Made by a program: the position numbers and the translations under genes. A DNA stretch of 64,000 nucleotides, taken from the NCBI GenBank assembly GCA_963664705.1, contig OY761556.1:4736001-4800000 (forward strand), in the 5' to 3' direction. Every line of letters begins with the position of its first letter. Within the stretch, counting starts at the first letter, position 1. Source of the stretch: Acidobacteriota bacterium. Lineage in GTDB: Bacteria > Acidobacteriota > UBA6911. A model generated the notes under the pieces. It was not told the origin of the DNA. It made no database searches and saw only the letters and a program-made list of their open reading frames with translations. This document shows, piece after piece, positions 1 through 8,933 of the stretch.

Positions 1-93
1 ATTCCTGATCCTTCATCGACAATAACCGACAGGACACGGGCGAAGCAACCTTTTCCTCGAATTCAGGCGCATGGGGCAGGATGTGAATAGCAA

Positions 94-130
94 GTGGAGT
101 CTTCGTCCCCCGGCGGGTCAAAGACTCCAC
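94..130. terminator. Hairpin downstream of the 201..1124 gene, possible terminator
   Basis: GTGGAGTCTT (94-103) / AAGACTCCAC (121-130) perfect 10-bp inverted repeat; U-tract weak. Confidence 0.35.
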
Positions 131-200
131 GGGAAAAAGGCATGGGCAGGAAGACAGGCACAAAGAACCGGTTCGGATGTAAAGCGTCTTTTTTACACCC

Positions 201-1124
201 TCACATCCCCATCATCGAAAATGCGCCATGATGTTGAGTGGGAATGGTAGTCATTATTCCTCCGGTCATTAATAGCCCGAGCGTAACAACTCCCTCGCCA
301 GATGCATCTATTTGTATGAAGCCGTGAAATGCCCCGGGAATTGCGCTTCCAAAGAGTGAATCTTCGTCAACAAAACGAGCGATCTGATTCCCTGGCGGCA
401 AGGTCAGTTGTCTGGTTGCAACCGTCTCACCATTCGTGTTTTTGAGGGTCAGCTGCACTGTAGCGGATTGCGCACTGGTATTCACAATTGCCAGGCCGGT
501 GTCGATCCCCTCCTGAACCTGAACAGGAGTCAGTGATGTAAGATAGCGCTGCATTTCATAAATGCTGGGAATTACGCCCGCGCGGGAAACCACCTGTCCG
601 CTATCCTGATAAGTATAATAGGCGGTTGCCATGATCCGGTTGGCGCGCATCATCTGCTGTCCGTTCATCATACCCCAGGCATTGGATCCGTCATCATTCA
701 CTGTTATCAATGCCCATCCGGAAGTAATGCCTCCGGCCGCAGTCATATCCAGGGACATGGAATCAGAGGCGGCAAGCGTGAAAGCAAACTGGGAAACCGG
801 GCTGGAACCATTGATGCTGACCGGGAGAGGCGATCCATCCTGATGATAGAAGTAAATGTTCCCCGTTAACTGCAGTGTCAGGGGCGTCATCCAGGGCATC
901 TGAACCATATTGCCCATATTGAAAAGTAGAATGGATGTGGTGTATTGCCCACCCACAGCAAACTGAGGCACAACCATGTTTTCATCCAATTCGTGCCCCT
1001 GATACCCGGACAGAGTCGGCAACGGAGTCCCCATCATCATCCCTGTATTCTGAGCTGAAGCGAGGCAGGTGGAAATGGCAAGAGCGCAGAATGCCATCAT
1101 GCATCTTGTTGAAAACTTATTCAT
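201..1124 (-). CDS. Secreted Met-rich beta-sandwich protein, paralogue of the N-terminal part of 21074..22165
   Basis: ORF 201..1208; start moved to ATG 1124 (MNKFSTR) after an AGGAGA RBS; signal peptide; motifs PQFAVGGQYTT, GWA, TGLAIVN and LPPGNQIARF shared with the 21074 protein. Confidence 0.75.
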   Translation of the reverse strand: MNKFSTRCMMAFCALAISTCLASAQNTGMMMGTPLPTLSGYQGHELDENMVVPQFAVGGQYTTSILLFNMGNMVQMPWMTPLTLQLTGNIYFYHQDGSPLPVSINGSSPVSQFAFTLAASDSMSLDMTAAGGITSGWALITVNDDGSNAWGMMNGQQMMRANRIMATAYYTYQDSGQVVSRAGVIPSIYEMQRYLTSLTPVQVQEGIDTGLAIVNTSAQSATVQLTLKNTNGETVATRQLTLPPGNQIARFVDEDSLFGSAIPGAFHGFIQIDASGEGVVTLGLLMTGGIMTTIPTQHHGAFSMMGM

Positions 1125-1658
1125 ACCAACTCTCCTGATTGAAAGGCCTGGGTGGATCTGCCAGCAGGATAAGGCGCAGAACAATCTCAGTGTTGCAGTC
1201 ACGCCCACAGTTATTGTGATTATTTCACCTCTCCTCCATTTTCATCGTGAGCATGATCACGTCTTGCGGAGGGGTTACTCCAAACGATTAGGGGGCAATG
1301 AAGCCGATCCTTCCTGGCTCATCGCCCCCATACGATTAGGGACCTCAGGGCCGCTATCAGCAACATCCTTTACTGGTGGAAGAGTTCAAATTCGCATCTC
1401 CTCCCAGCGGTTAAGCCGGTTTGCGCTGCTAAAACCGGCAACCCATGCCGGCAGCGAATCGTAAACGCTGCCCTATATGATTACAGCACTCGGCGGGTCA
1501 TGGTGGGAATCCGTGTAAATGCCCATTCACGGATAGGGAGAATTACTCAAGTTAATATGCAATAATCGCGCAAGGCCGCACATGGAGGGTTTTTGAAGGA
1601 GCCGGTAGCGAAACGAGGCGGCCGATGATATCCGTCCCTGAAAACATGCGAGGATCCC

Positions 1659-3674
1659 GTGCAAGGAAATAGTCAAACCTGGAAGGTATTTGCCGGCGTT
1701 GCCTGCATTCTGCTCGTCATTTCGATTCAGATGGTGCTGACGGCGAATCGCAATTCGATTACGTGGGACGAAGATAATCACCTGTACGCCGGTTTCATGT
1801 CGTGGAAAACGGGAGATTTTGGCATCAATCCGGAACACCCTCCGCTGGTAAAGCTGGTTTCCGCCCTGCCTCTCTTGAATATGCATTTACGGGTACCTGT
1901 CACCCAGGACCGCTTCTTCAAAACGGAAGGTTTCCTGGGCGGGAAGGATTTTCTGTTCAAAAACGATGCCGACACCATGCTGTTTCGCGCACGCATGGCT
2001 TCATCGTTGTTCACTCTGCTGCTTGCGCTGGCCGTATTCTTCAGCACCCGGAAGCTATTCGGAACCGGCGCCGCGTTCATCGCTATTGCCTTGCTGGCCT
2101 TGGATCCCAACATCATCGCGCACAGCGCCCTGGTGACAACCGATATCGCCCTGTCGCTTTTCCTGTTTCTCTCGGTTTATGCTTTTTATCGGTATTCAAA
2201 AGCCCCTTCAGCCTGGAAGCTGATTGCCGTTGGGCTTTCGGCCGGCCTGGCGCTTGGTTCGAAACACACCGGCATTCTTGTCTTCCCTATCCTTTTATTG
2301 CTGGCCATCGTCGAAATTATCCGTCCCGATGAGGATTTGAAAGTTGCACGCAAGCGGCAGATCATCCGAATGGTCGCGGCGCTGGTCGTCGCAAGTTCTC
2401 TGGCTATCGTGATGCTGTGGTCATTCTATGGATTCCGCTACGCTGCAAGACCAGCGGGGAAAATGCTCAATCCTCCCCTGAGCGCATTCGTCCAGGGACT
2501 GCCCAGACCTCATGCAACGAAGCTGATCTCATCGTTTGCACAGCATAAATTATTGCCGGAATCATATTTATACGGATTAGCCGATGTTCTGAGCATGGAT
2601 GGTTTTTATCGAAGCTACGTTCTGGGCAAGACTTACCCCCACGGGGTTTGGTTCTATTTCCCGGTTGCCTTCGCCATCAAATCCACGCTGACCTTTCTCA
2701 TTCTGCTAGGAATCTCGCTGCTCGCATTCATCACGCGCTGGCTCACTATTAAAAAAGAGCATCTTTACCTGATAATTCCGCCCCTTTTTTATCTGCTTGT
2801 GGCGATGAGTTCGGGCATGAATATTGGAGTTCGCCATATTCTTCCCTTGTATGTTTTTGGGGCGGTGCTGCTGGGAGCGACCAGCTGGAGCCTGCTGCGT
2901 CGAAACCGTCAGTGGGCTTACATTCTTGCGGCGCTGATTGCTTTTCAGGCAATCTCGTCCTTTCGGACCTATCCGGCTTTTCTTGCCTACGGGAATGAGC
3001 TTTGGGGAGGTCCCTCCAACACATATAAATATCTAAGCGACTCCAATTCAGATTGGGGTCAGCAGCTCAAGTCGGTCAGGAAATACCTCGAGCGCCGAGG
3101 GATCCGCGACTGCTATTTCGTTTACTTTGCCGGCGGCGTTGTCGACACGGACTATTACAATATTCCCTGCAAGCTCCTTCCTACCGCCGATTCACTTTGG
3201 GTGAATGCGGAATTCCCCGCACCAGAGAGGATTACCGGGACGATTCTGATAAGCGCCGGAGACCTCTCCGGATTTGAGTTCGGGCCTGGCCCTCTTAATC
3301 CCTACGAACAGTTTAGGTCCATCCGGCCGACCGCCGTGATCGATTACAGCGTTTTCGTTTACGACGGCCAATTTGAAATACCGGGCGTTGCCGCCCTCTG
3401 GCATGCGCAGAGGGCCCAAATTCTGATGGGCAAAAAGGATTTCGCGGCGGCATTGGACGAAGCACGGAAAGCACAATCTCTTGCACCAGATACGGTGAAT
3501 CCCAACGCCTTGCTCGGGGACATTCTGATGTCGCTCCAGCGCCCGGCAGAGGCGAAGCCCTTCTATGAAAAAGCGATTTCTCTGGCAAAGACTGTGGAGC
3601 CGGAGTTCCAGGCTGGTCAGATCCCCAAGCTGGAGAATTCGCTGAAGCAAGCTCAAGGCTCCTCCGGGCAGTAA
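1659..3674 (+). CDS. GT39/ArnT-PMT-like membrane glycosyltransferase with C-terminal TPR
   Basis: TWDE and NPEHPPLVK motifs, many TM helices, DSNSDWGQ, TPR-like C-terminus. Confidence 0.85.
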   Translation: MQGNSQTWKVFAGVACILLVISIQMVLTANRNSITWDEDNHLYAGFMSWKTGDFGINPEHPPLVKLVSALPLLNMHLRVPVTQDRFFKTEGFLGGKDFLFKNDADTMLFRARMASSLFTLLLALAVFFSTRKLFGTGAAFIAIALLALDPNIIAHSALVTTDIALSLFLFLSVYAFYRYSKAPSAWKLIAVGLSAGLALGSKHTGILVFPILLLLAIVEIIRPDEDLKVARKRQIIRMVAALVVASSLAIVMLWSFYGFRYAARPAGKMLNPPLSAFVQGLPRPHATKLISSFAQHKLLPESYLYGLADVLSMDGFYRSYVLGKTYPHGVWFYFPVAFAIKSTLTFLILLGISLLAFITRWLTIKKEHLYLIIPPLFYLLVAMSSGMNIGVRHILPLYVFGAVLLGATSWSLLRRNRQWAYILAALIAFQAISSFRTYPAFLAYGNELWGGPSNTYKYLSDSNSDWGQQLKSVRKYLERRGIRDCYFVYFAGGVVDTDYYNIPCKLLPTADSLWVNAEFPAPERITGTILISAGDLSGFEFGPGPLNPYEQFRSIRPTAVIDYSVFVYDGQFEIPGVAALWHAQRAQILMGKKDFAAALDEARKAQSLAPDTVNPNALLGDILMSLQRPAEAKPFYEKAISLAKTVEPEFQAGQIPKLENSLKQAQGSSGQ

Positions 3675-3844
3675 GGCCGGGTGACTCCGGTTCTCGCAGG
3701 CCAATGCAAGGCTAACCATAATCTGTTTATTTACTTATATTTATTTTGACAAGTGTTGGCTTGAGTGAACTCCTGCCCAGCTAAAATGTCCCGCCTTCCC
3801 TGTCTATAACAGTCAACAAATAGACAATAGATCCATAATTTAGA

Positions 3845-3890
3845 TTGAATGTCAACGATTGGCATGGTATAAATAGACACTTAGTCTATT
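3845..3890 (+). promoter_or_regulatory. Sigma70 promoter with overlapping TetR-type operator
   Basis: TTGAAT (3845) - 17 bp - TATAAA (3868) with extended -10 TG; palindrome AATAGAC-N5-GTCTATT at 3872-3890. Confidence 0.7.
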
Positions 3891-3929
3891 GTATAGACTG
3901 TATGTGCGATACATAGAGGGTTGATTGGC

Positions 3930-4610
3930 ATGGGAGTCACGGAACGGAGAAAACGGGAAAGAGAGTCCAGGCGCGAGTTGGCCATTGATGCAGCGATGAG
4001 CATCTACGAAGAGGAAGGCTATCACGCCATTACCATGGAAAAGATTGCCGAACGGTCCGAACTGAGTCGTTCAGTGCTCTACCTGTATTTCAAAAGCAAA
4101 GAAGAGATACTGGTTAGTGCAATCCTGACCCACGCGGATTACTTCGCACAGGTTCTCACGGAGGTTTATGTAAACCGTGAGGATTCGAAAACCCAGTTAC
4201 TGGAAAAGCTGTGGGAAAGCTTCCAGAAATTTTATGAAAAAGACCCGGTGACCTTTACAGCCTGGCAGTACTTCCACCAACGGGACGTCGTCGGCAGTCT
4301 TCCGGAGGAATTGCGCGACAGCCTTCACCAGGCAGGAGCCCGTGTCGTGGCTCTCCAGCACAAAATTATCGCTTACGCCATCGAACAAGGCGTGTTTGTC
4401 GAATGCGATCACCGAACGCTGGCGGAAGTCATTTGGTCTGCCTTTTTGGGCATCATCTATATAGAGCGCAGTAAGAAGGCCTTCTCCCGCAAGAACCACC
4501 AGAATGCCACGCAGGATATGGCAAGGAACATCCTGGCGCAGGGTGTGGTTAAGGCTATATCGTTGGAAATAAACAATTTCGATCTGGAGTTCAGGCGGAT
4601 TATTCAATAG
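3930..4610 (+). CDS. TetR/AcrR family transcriptional regulator
   Basis: N-terminal HTH (ITMEKIAERSELSRSVLYLYFKSKEE); ATG 3930 preferred over the track start at 3921. Confidence 0.92.
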   Translation: MGVTERRKRERESRRELAIDAAMSIYEEEGYHAITMEKIAERSELSRSVLYLYFKSKEEILVSAILTHADYFAQVLTEVYVNREDSKTQLLEKLWESFQKFYEKDPVTFTAWQYFHQRDVVGSLPEELRDSLHQAGARVVALQHKIIAYAIEQGVFVECDHRTLAEVIWSAFLGIIYIERSKKAFSRKNHQNATQDMARNILAQGVVKAISLEINNFDLEFRRIIQ

Positions 4611-4620
4611 GGAGCATCGT

Positions 4621-5502
4621 GTGAAGGATTTTGAGTATTTCAGACCCACAAGCGTTCATGAAGCCTTGAACCTGTATGAGAAAAGCGCATCCACCGCAAA
4701 GCTCCTTGCAGGGGGTACGGAACTCGTCAATGAGATGCGCATGGGAAAGACACAGCCGCAGCAGATCATCGACCTGAAATTCATCTTGTCAATGGATTAC
4801 ATGGATCTCGGAGAACAGGGACTGAAAATTGGCGCTCTCTATCGCGTCCGGGATGCAGAGCAGTCCGTTGCACTCAAGCAGAGCCCATATAATGCGTTGA
4901 GCTATGCCGCGAGCACATTAGGATCGCCGCAGGTAAGAAACAAGGCCACCATTGTAGGAAATCTCTGTCGCTGCTCTCCCTCCGCGGACCTGATTCCGCC
5001 GCTTATTGCCTTGAACGCCACGGCACGGATTATGGCGAACAATGCCACCGAGCGCACCACGCCGGTGGAAAATTTGCTGGTTGGCCCCGGCAAAACTTCC
5101 CTGGCTGAGGGCGAAATCGTAACAGACCTGGAAATTCCCCCCATGCCGCCACATGCGGGATGCGCGTATTACAAGCTAAGTCCGCGAAAGTCGCTCGACC
5201 TGGCGGTTGTGGGTGTTGCCGCGATGGTGCGACTCAACCCGCAGCACTCGGAATGTCTGGAAGCCCGCATTGCTCTCGGCGCTGTTGCTCCCACAACCAT
5301 TCGCGCCCGCAGGGCGGAGTTGATGCTGGCAGGTCGACGGCTGACGCCCAAACTGATTGAAGAAGCAGCCCAAAAAGCTTCAGAAGACGCAAAACCGATC
5401 GACGATGTGCGAGCCACCGCCTGGTACCGTAGAAAAATGGTTGCGGTAGCCACAAAACGCGCCATCGTCCTCGCCCTAGAACAGATTCAGACGAGGAGCT
5501 AG
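4621..5502 (+). CDS. Xanthine dehydrogenase/CoxM family FAD-binding subunit
   Basis: FEYFRP, AGGTEL, VRNKATIVGNLC, PIDDVRATAWYR. Confidence 0.92.
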   Translation: MKDFEYFRPTSVHEALNLYEKSASTAKLLAGGTELVNEMRMGKTQPQQIIDLKFILSMDYMDLGEQGLKIGALYRVRDAEQSVALKQSPYNALSYAASTLGSPQVRNKATIVGNLCRCSPSADLIPPLIALNATARIMANNATERTTPVENLLVGPGKTSLAEGEIVTDLEIPPMPPHAGCAYYKLSPRKSLDLAVVGVAAMVRLNPQHSECLEARIALGAVAPTTIRARRAELMLAGRRLTPKLIEEAAQKASEDAKPIDDVRATAWYRRKMVAVATKRAIVLALEQIQTRS

Positions 5503-5510
5503 ATCTCATC

Positions 5511-6077
5511 ATGGAACAGATTATTCATTTGAACATAAACGGCGAGGAACACGATGTGCTGGCGCACCCCGGAGAATCACTGCTCGATGTACTCCGGAAC
5601 AGATTGTTCCTCACCGGCACAAAGCAAGGGTGCAATGAAGGGGATTGCGGGGCATGCACCGTAATTATGGAAGGACGCCCCGTAAATGCCTGCCTCGTAC
5701 TTGCCGTCGAAGCCGTCGGGCAGAAGATACTCACGATAGAGGGCCTGGCCAATGGATCCAAACTGCACCCGCTGCAAGAAGCTTTTCTAAAATACGGCGG
5801 CTTCCAGTGCGGCTTTTGCACACCCGGAATGTTGTTGTCCGCAAAATCGCTGATCGAGCAGAATCCGGATCCCACGGATGAAGAGATCAAGCAAGGCATA
5901 TCCGGCAATCTCTGCCGATGTACCGGGTACGCAAAGATCGTCGAGTCGATCCGCGAAGCCGCGCGCGTCATGAGGGGCGCGGAAAAGAAATCAGGCCATA
6001 AACGCCGCCACCAACATAAAAAAGCGCATGGAGATTTACCTGCCAATCATGCCGTCGCGCAGGAAAGTCCTATCTAA
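5511..6077 (+). CDS. Xanthine dehydrogenase/CoxS family 2x[2Fe-2S] subunit
   Basis: GCNEGDCGACT, QCGFCTPG, GNLCRCTGY. Confidence 0.95.
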   Translation: MEQIIHLNINGEEHDVLAHPGESLLDVLRNRLFLTGTKQGCNEGDCGACTVIMEGRPVNACLVLAVEAVGQKILTIEGLANGSKLHPLQEAFLKYGGFQCGFCTPGMLLSAKSLIEQNPDPTDEEIKQGISGNLCRCTGYAKIVESIREAARVMRGAEKKSGHKRRHQHKKAHGDLPANHAVAQESPI

Positions 6078-6143
6078 GGTGCGGCGACCGAAAACTGAAC
6101 GGCGATAGCTCGAATCTTTCAGGTTTGATTTGGAGAAGACACA

Positions 6144-8582
6144 ATGCTCGATCATTACAACAAGGTTGTAACCAAGGTAATGGATGAACTGGAAAGCGAT
6201 GTCCGGGAATCCAGCGGACAAATTCTCATTGATACCGACGCGGAAAAGGCCGAAGAGGAAGGCGAGCTCACCGGGGCACTTGCTCATAAAACTCACACAG
6301 TGCTCGGTCAAAGAATACGTGCGGTCGATGGAACAGAGAAAGTAACCGGAGCCGCTCTCTATACCGTGGACATGCATCTCCACAATATGCTGTTCGGAAA
6401 GATCCTGCGCAGTCCGTATCCTCACGCCAAAATCGTCAAAATAGATACCAGCAGGGCTGAAAGATATCCGGGCGTCAAGGCCATCGTGACCGCGAAAGAC
6501 ACCATCGGCGCGAAAAATGGCATCTGGCGGCGCTATACCAATCTTTGTGACGAGGAGATCTTGTGCAGCGATCGCGTGCGCTATATCGGCGATTCCGTTG
6601 CGGCTGTCGCCGCGGTGACGGAGGATTGTGCCGAAGAGGCCTTAAAACTCATCGATGTGCAATATGAAGTTCTGCCGGCTGTCATCGATCCAAGAGAAGC
6701 GATCAAGAAGGGCACGGTCGCGCTACACGACCATGCCGGCAGGAATGTAAACATCACGCGTCACCTTGAATGGGGAGATGTAGATAAGGCCTTCGACAAG
6801 TGCTATCACATCCGGGAAGATCGCTTTTATTGCTCCAGCCAGTTTCATGCCTGCATGGAGACCCATGCCAGCGTCGCAAGTTGGGGACATGACGGCAGGC
6901 TGACGCTATATACGTCCTGCCAATCCCAATACTACATTCAGATCCTGCTTGCCGGCATGTTGGGGCTGAGCGAAAGTGACGTCCGGGTTATTCGGCCGCA
7001 CACCGGCGGCGGCTTCGGCGGTAAATTATCGCTGGACTCTTCGCAGTTTTGCGCCTCGCTGCTGTCCATGAAATGCAGCCGGCCGGTCAAAATTGTCCTG
7101 ACGCGCGAAGAGGATTTCATCGCGACCCGTCGACGCACTCCGATGGATTATTACATCAAACTCGGAGCCAGAAGAGACGGCACCCTGCTCGCCAAAGAAG
7201 TGAAAGTAATCACGGAAGGCGGAGCTTACACGGGCATGGGGGCTACGGCACTCTATCTGACCGGCTTTTTCTCCTCGTTCCCCTATAAATACCCCAACTA
7301 CCGTTACGACGGATTGCGTACGTATACAAATACTGAAGGCACCTCCGCCATGCGCGGCTTCGGCGCTCCGCAGGCAATGTTCTGCGGGGAATCACAAATC
7401 GATATGATCGCCGAGGACCTCGGCATCGATCCGGTTGAAATCCGAAGAAAAAATGGCATGACTGCCAACTATAGAGTCCCGGGACAGGCAATCATTCAAA
7501 GCTGCGGACTTCAGGAATGCATCAACGCCATTGACAAGTACATCCGAAAGCGCGGCAAACTCCCGGAAAATCACGGTATTGGCATCGCCGCCTACGGATT
7601 CATGTCCGGCGGCATCTTTAACTGGATTGACACGCCCTATGCTTTCTCGGCAGCCATTGTAAAAATCAACATAGACGGAAAGGTGGATCTCTTCACCGGT
7701 GCGGTGGATACCGGCCAGGGCGCCAATACAACCCTGTGTATGATTTGCGCCGAGGAACTGGGTATTCACGTCAGCGATATCCGATTGCACACGGGCGATA
7801 CCGCTGTCTGCCCCGTCGATTTGGGCAACTGGGGAAGCCGCACAACCCTTATGAACGGCAATGCAGTAAAAATGGCCGCAGCCGATGCAAAAAGGCAGCT
7901 TCTGCATTTTGCAATTGCCCGGCTTCAGCCGAATGTGATCTACGACCTTGATATCAAGGACCACTGGGTGCACCTGGTATCCCGTCCGGAGCGCGGCATC
8001 TCCTACTTCGATGTAGTCCAGGACGCCATCAAGGGCAGCGAGGGACAGAATATCATCGGCCGGGGCCACTACACTCCACATCGCAAAGGCATGATCTCTC
8101 CGGCCTACAGCTTTGGCGTACAGGCGGTTGAAGTAAAGGTGGACATCGAGACCGGAAAAGTCGAACTCGTGAATGCAGCCACCGCACATGAAAGCGGTAC
8201 CGTCGTTAACCCGATCGGGTTGGAAGGTCAGCTGGATGGTGCATTCCATATGGCCGCGGGATACGCGCTGACCGAAGAAGTTAAAATGAAGGACGGCAGG
8301 ATACTAAATCCGAATTTCCGGGATTATAAATTGCTGCTTGCCCCGGATATGCCGGAAAACGAGGTGCTCGAGATTGACACCTATGAACCGGAAGGCCCCT
8401 TCGGCGCCAAGGAAGCCGGAGAAGGACTGACCAATCCAACGGCCGGAGCCATCGGCAATGCCGTCTACAATGCGGTCGGAGTTCGCATTACGGAGCTTCC
8501 CATAACGCCGGAGAAAGTTCTCAGAGCACTTGAGGAAAAAGCTGCGGCAGCAAAAGACGACGACCATCAAATTGTTGCGTAA
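6144..8582 (+). CDS. Xanthine dehydrogenase family molybdopterin-binding subunit (4-hydroxybenzoyl-CoA reductase alpha-like)
   Basis: KVTGAALY, LRSPYPHAKI, GGGFGGK, AMRGFGAPQ, GPFGAKEAGE. Confidence 0.92.
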   Translation: MLDHYNKVVTKVMDELESDVRESSGQILIDTDAEKAEEEGELTGALAHKTHTVLGQRIRAVDGTEKVTGAALYTVDMHLHNMLFGKILRSPYPHAKIVKIDTSRAERYPGVKAIVTAKDTIGAKNGIWRRYTNLCDEEILCSDRVRYIGDSVAAVAAVTEDCAEEALKLIDVQYEVLPAVIDPREAIKKGTVALHDHAGRNVNITRHLEWGDVDKAFDKCYHIREDRFYCSSQFHACMETHASVASWGHDGRLTLYTSCQSQYYIQILLAGMLGLSESDVRVIRPHTGGGFGGKLSLDSSQFCASLLSMKCSRPVKIVLTREEDFIATRRRTPMDYYIKLGARRDGTLLAKEVKVITEGGAYTGMGATALYLTGFFSSFPYKYPNYRYDGLRTYTNTEGTSAMRGFGAPQAMFCGESQIDMIAEDLGIDPVEIRRKNGMTANYRVPGQAIIQSCGLQECINAIDKYIRKRGKLPENHGIGIAAYGFMSGGIFNWIDTPYAFSAAIVKINIDGKVDLFTGAVDTGQGANTTLCMICAEELGIHVSDIRLHTGDTAVCPVDLGNWGSRTTLMNGNAVKMAAADAKRQLLHFAIARLQPNVIYDLDIKDHWVHLVSRPERGISYFDVVQDAIKGSEGQNIIGRGHYTPHRKGMISPAYSFGVQAVEVKVDIETGKVELVNAATAHESGTVVNPIGLEGQLDGAFHMAAGYALTEEVKMKDGRILNPNFRDYKLLLAPDMPENEVLEIDTYEPEGPFGAKEAGEGLTNPTAGAIGNAVYNAVGVRITELPITPEKVLRALEEKAAAAKDDDHQIVA

Positions 8583-8638
8583 AAAAGAACCGCATTCGTA
8601 TCCAGTTACTGATTGCGCAGAATAATCGAGGCTGAGTC

Positions 8639-8866
8639 ATGAAATATAGATGTCCGGTATGCAGCAAGATATGGCCTAAAAGCATGCTTGTGGCCAAGCA
8701 TGTCTTCGGAACAAACGACAAACCGCACAGGGATTGGGTGGACTCCCAGGGAGAAGCCGAGGGATTTACCTTCGACGATCTGCTGATTCAGCAGGTCACA
8801 ATGCCCGGGAACCACAGCTATCACAAAATGGCCGAACTTGTGGAAAAGGCACAAGCACAGCAGTAG
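8639..8866 (+). CDS. Small C2H2-like zinc-finger protein
   Basis: C-x2-C-x12-H-x8-H (CPVC...KH...PH); GAGG RBS; co-oriented directly after the Mo subunit. Confidence 0.65.
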   Translation: MKYRCPVCSKIWPKSMLVAKHVFGTNDKPHRDWVDSQGEAEGFTFDDLLIQQVTMPGNHSYHKMAELVEKAQAQQ

Positions 8867-8871
8867 TCAAA

Positions 8872-8930
<59 letters not shown>

Positions 8931-8933
8931 ACT

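Noticed and set aside
6144-8582. Aerobic CO dehydrogenase (coxL) or bona fide 4-hydroxybenzoyl-CoA reductase
   Set aside because: Active-site loop is AMRGFG, not AYxCSFR/AYxGAGR; the FAD subunit lacks the HcrB Fe-S insert
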